In this document: positions 56,861-64,000 of the stretch, piece after piece | Position numbering within the stretch: the stretch's first letter is position 1 | How the letters are laid out: every line of letters begins with the position of its first letter | NCBI RefSeq assembly: GCF_000150275.1 | Contig: NW_002060949.1 | Coordinates: 3,602,449 to 3,666,448 of the forward strand | Length of the DNA stretch: 64,000 nt | Direction of reading: 5' to 3' | Source of the DNA: Trichoplax adhaerens | Lineage: Eukaryota > Animalia > Placozoa | Program-made: the position numbers and the translations under genes | Notes under the pieces: model-generated | The model's input: the letters and a program-made list of their open reading frames with translations, nothing else | What the model was told of the DNA's origin: nothing | Database searches by the model: none

Positions 56861-57673
56861 ATGGCAATGCATCAGAAAAAGGAAACCAGCCTTGGCTGGT
56901 TCATGTCTGCATATTTCATGATGTATGGATTATTCAAACTTATCAAATACTTTTTAATATTAAGGTATTACTATCCTGCTTCTACAAGCCATCTTCAGAA
57001 ACGGATGAGACCTATCGTGCGAAAAAACTTGCAAGATCAAAAAGTAACCTTATGGTCTTATTTAAGATCCAATTTTTTAAATAAGCAAAATCTTCTCTTT
57101 CTTGGAGAAAGGTTTAATTTTGCCTCAATAAACTTTCTTAAAGTTGGACAACAAGCTCCTAAAGGACGATTATTTACACTTGATCAGCAACAAACTGATT
57201 TACAAAACATTTTTAATCAAAGCGCCAAAAAAATTCATGTCTTAAACTTCGGATCCTATTCTTGACCTCCATTTCGATATGAAATCGATCGCTTTATCGA
57301 TCTGGCTGGTCGATTTAGTAATCGTGTTCAATTTAACACTATTTATATTAAGGAAGCTCATGCCGCCGATGAATGGGCACTACCAGTAACGAATGAAAAT
57401 CTTGGCGTATGCTTTCTTCAGCCTAAGAAATTAGAAGCTAGAATAAACATAGCTAAAGAATTTATTAATCGTTTCCAATTTCAATTACCGTTTTTTATCG
57501 ATTGTATTGAAAATGAAACGATGAAAGCATACGACGCTGTACCAGAACGATTATATGTAGTCGATGATGGAAAAATCGTTTATTCAGGCGGTCCAGGTCC
57601 ATTTGCTTATAGCCTAGATGACATGGAACAATTTTTAGAGAAATACGTCGTAGAAGGACAGAAATCGTCGTAA
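56861..57673 (+). CDS. DIO: Iodothyronine deiodinase-family selenoprotein, copy B (270 aa, Sec at TGA 57263-57265)
   Basis: The frame stays open after the TGA: PPFRYEIDRF..IYIKEAHAADEW..DCIENETMKAYDAVPERLY..SGGPGPFAY..VEGQKSS* (TAA 57671-57673). Confidence 0.93.
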
Positions 57674-58000
57674 GATTCGGATAAACTCTACGGATAATTT
57701 AAATATTTATATGTGTCATTCGAGTTACCACTAATTGCAATAGATAGCATATACATTACAGGCTTGGTTGAATTGTCCTTTCAACTTCAGTAACTAAATA
57801 GTGATGGCCTTAAGAAATTCCAGGGTTGTCGTACAATGTTGAGCTGTATGACGAAACAAGAAATTGTATTTAAAGCGTATTACGCACAGGAAAATAACTA
57901 TTAATTATTATTTTAAAATTTATATCTTGTAACGTACTAATGGATGTGCAATGCAATGCACATTATGCATTCGTGGCTTTGTTGGTGATTAGATAGCTTT

Positions 58001-58078
58001 TACGTGATATAATGAAGTTATTTACTTAAAACCAAACTGGAATTGGATTGTAATAACCGAAGATCAATTAATCATGTA
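58001..58078 (+). promoter_or_regulatory. SECIS element (type II) of copy B
   Basis: Helix I is TACGTGAT/ATCATGTA. The element reads ATGAA (58012) GTTATTTAC TT AAAA CCAA..TTGG ATT GTAATAAC CGAA. Confidence 0.85.
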
Positions 58079-59823
58079 CATACGTATATATGTCTATCTT
58101 TACCCAACACGCTGGCTTACATTGCTTTTAGCGAGTTAAAATGCAATTACAGATATCTAATGATCTATTGAATGAAATTCTTTTCAGCTATTGACACGTA
58201 TTGTATTTTTAGTTAGTCATAGCTTGTTATCAATGTCACCCTTGCAACGAGTGGTAATAAAGATACCAACAAAAATTCCTTCAGGCGAGTTATTATCTAT
58301 TTGCATTACAACAATTTAATAAGCAATGAGAAAATATTGTTATCGACAGTCGATTTACATAAAATGATTTCGTAAATATTGACAAGTTACAATGCTAAAA
58401 GTAACATAGCTAAGCTTGTAGTAAATTTGATGTGATTACTCTAGATTCCGTATGACGGCAGAAATCTTGTGAACTACTCTTTTTCGTTAAAGTGAAAAGA
58501 AAATTCGACAGATCATGTTTAAAAATACAACTACGTGTAAATTCAATTCATTGAAGTTAAAATACAACAAAATGTTACGACGATACCAATAAAATTATGT
58601 GTATATCCCAAATTGCAAAGCTGTACCATTTGAAATTTATTTAGTGCAATAGTAAGAGGAAGGGTATATATTATAAGTTTCAGTGAAGGATTGTGGAATC
58701 GTGGACGCTCGCTTCCATGCGAGCGGGTTCGAATAGTGCTTGTAAAATATCGATTTATTTAATTTTAAATATCTTTATTTATAGTACCGATGAAGAATAA
58801 GCAAACAGGGAAAACGTATTTTAGCTAACGCTTCATTTAAAGTAGTGTATGTTTCGAAAACATGAACGAATATACTTACATCGGTTATTTAAGATTTAGA
58901 ATTAGGATAAAATAAATTTATAATTTTGAACGACTTTTAGTCTAGGATAGACTATACTGTATTACATAATGTTTATTAATCTTTATAATATAAATTAAAT
59001 AAGATTAGAGTAGAGTAGATTATACAAATAGAGGTGCAAATACTTACTAGTAACTTAGTACTGTCTGTAGATTCGTGGCACTGTACATCTACCGCAAGTG
59101 AATTATAAGACGGACATAAACAATGGGAAATCTAGTAATGCTTAAAGGAAAGACCTCAGGAATACAATGATATTTTCCTAGTTTAGAAAGACTAGATAGC
59201 AGAAAAACTTAGTACAGTAATTACCATTTATCATCTTTTTCAGTCCTAGTTCTGCAAGACTCTACATCTATAGTACGAATCTCTCCCAAGTCCCTTAATA
59301 CTTCTCTTCAATATCTCCATGTTACGCACTATACAGTATCTAAGCAACTAGAAAGTTCTAAATAGCTGAAAAGTCTTTATATGCTATTAAGATCTGGTAG
59401 TTACTAGACATGAAAATTAAAAAATATTGATTACGTTATAGTGCATAAAGTCTTTCTGTAACTTAATTCTTCCTAATATAGTTGTATGTCTACATGGATA
59501 CTCGCATACGTGTATATATAACCACTATGTAGTCAGTCATTAACCTTAAAACTTTAAAGTCGAAACCAGACTATTTGGTAAATACTCCAATGAACTAAAC
59601 TCTTTTAAAGAGATTTCTCGACGATATCTTTATTTGTGGATTACTTTGAAAATTAGATTTACGACAGGATTATGATAAATAAAGGTAATACAGTATACCC
59701 TATAAATATTTTGACATTTAATCAATTACAGTTTATCTATATCCTTACTTAGACAAGAGTAGTTATATTTAGTTCGCTAGATGGAGTAGTATACGTAGAT
59801 TACTATGTTGAGATAGATAAATA

Positions 59824-59905
59824 TACAGGATTAAAATAATAGATCATCAGTTGTTACAATTCAATCAAACTTGGTCTCAAGTAAAAACTTCATTTAAGTT
59901 CTGTA
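59824..59905 (-). promoter_or_regulatory. SECIS-like element of copy C, with apical GAGA instead of AAAA
   Basis: The minus strand reads TACAG..ATGAA GTTTTTAC TT GAGA CCAA GTTTGA TTGA ATT GTAACAAC TGAT..CTGTA. It is alignable to the copy B and D SECIS. Confidence 0.7.
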
Positions 59906-60184
59906 AACGTATCTGTCATTAAGAAGTCTACGAATACTTCTCCATTCTGATACTACAAAATTTAAAGTAATTCCGTAATTACTGATATAAATGCAATTTA
60001 GTTCTCATGTTAGCCTTGTAGCTCATGGCTACAAGATATTAATTTAAAAAAAAGTAGAATAACATTGAAAGACTAATATCGAGCTAGGATTTTAAGTTTC
60101 TATCGAATTGCATTCCATAGTATTTAATCGTGTCTTAAATGACTCGTATAAGTATTTAAATTATCCGTAGAGTTTATCCGAATC

Positions 60185-61003
60185 TTACGACGATTTCTGT
60201 CCTTCTACGACGTATTTCTCTAAAAATTGTTCCATATCATCTACACTATAAGCAAATGGACCTGGACCGCCTGAATAAACGATTTTTCCGTCATCGACTA
60301 CATATAATCTTTCTGGTACAGCGTCGTATGCTTTCATCGTGTCATTTTCAATACAATCGACGAAAAACGGTAATTGAAATTGGAAACGATTAATAAATTC
60401 TTTAGCTATGTTTATTCTAGCTTCTAATTTCTTAGGCTGAAGAAAGCATACGCCAAGATTTTCATTCATTAATGGCATTGCCCATTCATCGGCAGCATGG
60501 GCTTCCTTAACATAAATAGTGTTAAATTGAACACGATTACTAAATCGACCAGCCAGATCGATAAAGCGATCGATTCCATATCGAAATGGAGGTCAAGAAT
60601 AGGATCCGAAGTTTAAGACATGAATTTTTTTGGCGCTTTGATTAAAGATGTTTTGTAAATCAGTTTGTTGTTGATCAAGCGTAAATAATCGTCCTTTAGG
60701 AGCTTGTTGTCCAACTTTAAGAAAGTTTACAGTAGCGAAAGGGAACTTTTCACCAAGATGAACAAGAGATTGCTTATTAAGAGTATTGGATCTTAGAAAA
60801 TGCCAAGTAGATATTTTTCGGCCTTGCAAATCTTTCTCACATGCAGATTTTATCTTTTTCGGATTATAATAAGGATTATCGATAGTAGGGTAGTGGTACT
60901 TTATTGTCAAAGCATATTTGAGTAATCTGAAAAATCCAATGATCATGAGATAGGTAGACTTGAACCAGCCATAGGAGGTTTCCTTTTTCTGTCCAGTCGT
61001 CAT
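60185..61003 (-). CDS. DIO: Iodothyronine deiodinase-family selenoprotein, copy C (272 aa, Sec at TGA 60595-60593)
   Basis: ORFs 60593-61012 and 60185-60478 are in frame across one TGA. Motifs are NFGSYS-U-PPF, YVKEAH, PERLY and GGPGP. The first ATG is at 61003. Confidence 0.92.
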
Positions 61004-62280
61004 TGGCTCCAATTATTAAATGATACCGTTATTGGTATACTAAATGAATATTAATAGTGCAATATACTGTGTGTAAGCGTACAGTATACTGAAAGTAACA
61101 GCTTTGATCAGTTCTATTAGTTTTGGATATTACTCTGACTTTACCTGCTAAACTAGTGCTTAGCCATTACAGTGTCGATTAGACGATGGCCAAATTTCTA
61201 GTTGTTCATTATTACTGCTGTATCCGTATCTATCTACGGTATATATAGTATAAGATAGATTTATATATATATAGTGAGTATACTGATAGTGAAATATTCT
61301 ACTTACTTAATAGTTAGTAAACAAATCGGCGTAGTATCATAACTGTGGGTCTATTACCATACGGTACAAACTAGATTTCTTATAATAATAGTTGATATAC
61401 AGAATTTCTAGTAAGACTTTTACCAACATGTTCTGTAGCACGCCGTCCGTCGTGCCGTATGTCTCGTATCTCAGACAGTACCACCGTGCTGAGGCTGGTT
61501 TTTGGACTCCTGAGTCGACATCGAGCCAGCCAGAGACCCCAACATAAGCGATACCAATATTCTTCTTTTTTTTCTTCACTACTTCCCGTTGTGTTTCCAC
61601 CATTATTAGTCGTTAACGTGGGCACGATAGACTTTGATGCACTAGTAAGCTTACCAAAATCGAATCTTTCTTTACCAAAGCAGCGCATCGTAAAAAGGAG
61701 GGGTTTAGCTAGTACTAGCACTGGGTTTAGTTCATAGTTTGAAATGAAATCGATCTACCGTACTCTATTTTAAGGCATAACTCAGTCGTTTCAATTTCAA
61801 AGAAATCAATTAGGCCTATAATCTGGACCTGAAATGATGACATCCCTCATCCTGCTGTCCTTCCGTTTAGTATGTTTTAATCATAAGTATACGATATCGT
61901 GCAAAATGTCTGACTTCAATAATAGCGAGCTAGGGACATACTAATATAATATAATGAATGGGTCACTAGCTCTACAAACTACAGTATTTTGAAATACTAG
62001 AATTGCGTGTACTTCTTACTTTAGCATTACCGTACTATAGCAGAATTACTTTAGTATACTCTACAGCTATGCAAAATCTTTTAAAAGCATCTTTATTTGC
62101 TGACTATATACAAGTACGGTTAGTTTGCTTTGCAACACGATAGTAATAGTGCTAAAGAATAATCCAAAGAATTTTTAAATTTATCAATTATAGATCTTTA
62201 TTAATTCGTTAATATAACTGGAATAACTATTAATTTTGAATAAAGCAACATAAACTTGTATGCTGAGATAGATATCGTAT

Positions 62281-62355
62281 ACATGACTAGTAGATTATCG
62301 GTTATTGCAATCCAATCCAAGTCGGTTTTAAGCAAATAACTTCATTATATCATAT
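62281..62355 (-). promoter_or_regulatory. SECIS element (type II) of copy D
   Basis: The minus strand reads ATATGAT..ATGAA GTTATTTGC TT AAAA CCGA..TTGG ATT GCAATAAC CGAT..GTCATGT. Confidence 0.85.
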
Positions 62356-62767
62356 TAACGTAATCTATCTATTTCATTAACACGTTTACGAGTGTATCTC
62401 GGTTTCAAAGCTAACCCTAAATTAAAAACTATTACTGTATCAGGGGGCTAAGAGGATAACAATTTAATCTTTACTTTAGTTGTACAATCGTGTCAAGCAA
62501 TTATATCCGTTGTAAGATAGAAAGTGGGTCAAGGTCTCTTCAACCTGCTATAAACCGTAATTAGGGTTATTCTCAGTCAGTTAACGAGCTGATCTATATT
62601 CATTTCTTCTAATAATATTAAAGACTGGAAGCTGAAAAAGATTAATACTGAGCTACACGTTTAAGTTTCTATGTAATTCTATTTTACAGTATCTAGTTAT
62701 TTCTTATAAATGACTTTCATAAACATTTGAATTATCTGTATAGTTTATCCGAATCTTATAATAATTT

Positions 62768-63574
62768 CTATTTTTCTACAACGTATTTCTCTAAAAATTG
62801 TTCCATGTCATCTACACTATAAGCAAACGGACCTGGACCGCCTGAATAAACGATTTTTCCGTCATCGACTACATATAATCTTTCTGGTACAGCGTCGTAT
62901 GCTTTCATCGTTTCATTTTCAATACAATCGATAAAAAACGGTAATTGAAATTGGAAACGATTAATAAATTCTTTAGCTATGTTTATTCTAGCTTCTAATT
63001 TCTTAGGCTGAAGAAAGCATACGCCAAGATTTTCATTCATTAATGGCATTGCCCATTCGTCGGCGGCATGAGCTTCCATAATATAGATAGTGTTAAATTG
63101 AACACGATTACTAAATCGACCAGCCAGATCGATAAAGCGATCGACTCCGTATCGAAATGGAGGTCAAGAATAGGATCCAAAGTTTAAGACATGAATTTTT
63201 TTGGCGCTTTGATTAAAAATGTTTTGTAAATCAGTTTGTTGCTGATCAAGTGTAAATAATCGTCCTTTAGGAGCTTGTTGTCCAACTTTAAGAAAGTTTA
63301 CAGTAGCGAAAGGGAACTTTTCACCAAGATGAACAAGAGATTGCTTATTAAAAAGATTGGATCTTAGAAAATGCCAAGTAGATATTTTTTGACCTTGCAG
63401 ATTTTTCTCACATTCAGATTTCATCATTTTCGGATTATGATAGGGATTATCGATAGTAGGGTAGTGGTACTTTATTGTTAAAATACATTTGAGTAATCTG
63501 AAAAATCCAATGATCATGAGATAGGTAGACTTGAACCAGCCATAAGAGGTTTCCTTTTTCTGTCCAGTCGCCAT
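62768..63574 (-). CDS. DIO: Iodothyronine deiodinase-family selenoprotein, copy D (268 aa, Sec at TGA 63166-63164)
   Basis: ORFs 63164-63583 and 62768-63079 are in frame across one TGA. Motifs are NFGSYS-U-PPF, YIMEAH, PERLY and GGPGP. The first ATG is at 63574. Confidence 0.92.
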
Positions 63575-63836
63575 TGGCTCCAATTATTAAATGATACCGT
63601 TATTGATTCACTGAATGAATATTAATAGTGCAGTATACTGTGTGTAAGCGTATACTGAAAGTAACAGCTTTGATCAGTTCTATTAGTTTTGGATATTACT
63701 CTGACTTTACCTGCTAAACTAGTGCTTAGCCATTATAGTGTCGATTAGACGATTAGACGATGACGAAATTTCTAGTCTATCATTATTACTGCTGTATTCG
63801 TAATTGCGTATCTATCTATCTATCTACTCATTCTAC

Positions 63837-63866
63837 TGTACAGTACAGTACAGTACAGTACAGTAC
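63837..63866. repeat. (TACAG)n microsatellite upstream of copy D
   Basis: TGTACAGTACAGTACAGTACAGTACAGTAC. Confidence 0.8.
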
Positions 63867-64000
63867 ACCAGCGATTCGTAGAATGGAGGGGTTTACCTAG
63901 TGTTAGTACTGTAATGACACGACACACGAATGTAGCTTATAATATTAGACTAGTTTATTAAGAGAGAAGAACAGTCAAGAGTGACTTCTAGATGAAGACT

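Noticed and set aside
57800-57830. GTGAT-GGCCTT..AGGGTT hairpin as the copy B SECIS
   Set aside because: It lacks the 3' GA of the core. A fully canonical element lies at 58001-58078.
57674-60184. A past inversion as the explanation for SECIS B resembling SECIS D more than SECIS C does
   Set aside because: The proximal 3' UTR of C (ATAGAAACTTAAA..TAGCTC..TATTA) still resembles D more than B does, so faster divergence of SECIS C is simpler.
61337-61737. Three overlapping ORFs between deiodinases C and D
   Set aside because: There is no recognisable motif or splice structure, and they sit in a locally GC-richer patch.
50729-63166. Deiodinase copies as nonsense-mutated pseudogenes or split genes
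   Set aside because: The TGA is at the same catalytic position in all four copies, both halves are intact, and SECIS elements follow.

Overview
AT-rich eukaryotic DNA with short GT-AG introns. The gene set and style suggest an early-branching animal, most likely a placozoan (Trichoplax-like); this is inference. From left to right: about 10 kb of decayed coding-like sequence and satellites; an MS4A/CD20-like tetraspan gene (-); an insulin receptor substrate gene (-) with an expanded phosphotyrosine-motif tail; an SLC22A18-like MFS transporter (-) head-to-head with APOO/MIC26-27 (+); and RDM1 (-) head-to-head with TM9SF1 (+) across two tandem arrays. From 50 kb there is a cluster of four iodothyronine-deiodinase-family selenoprotein genes with intronless CDSs. 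The ORF track breaks each at an in-frame TGA in NFGSYS-U-PPF. Each has a SECIS stem-loop in its 3' UTR: two show a compensatory base-pair change and one lacks the apical AA. Inside the cluster is an apparently intact mini-gene encoding only a Tc1/paired-type DNA-binding domain, preceded by clustered GTCAC motifs. Exon boundaries were derived by hand and need RNA-seq confirmation.
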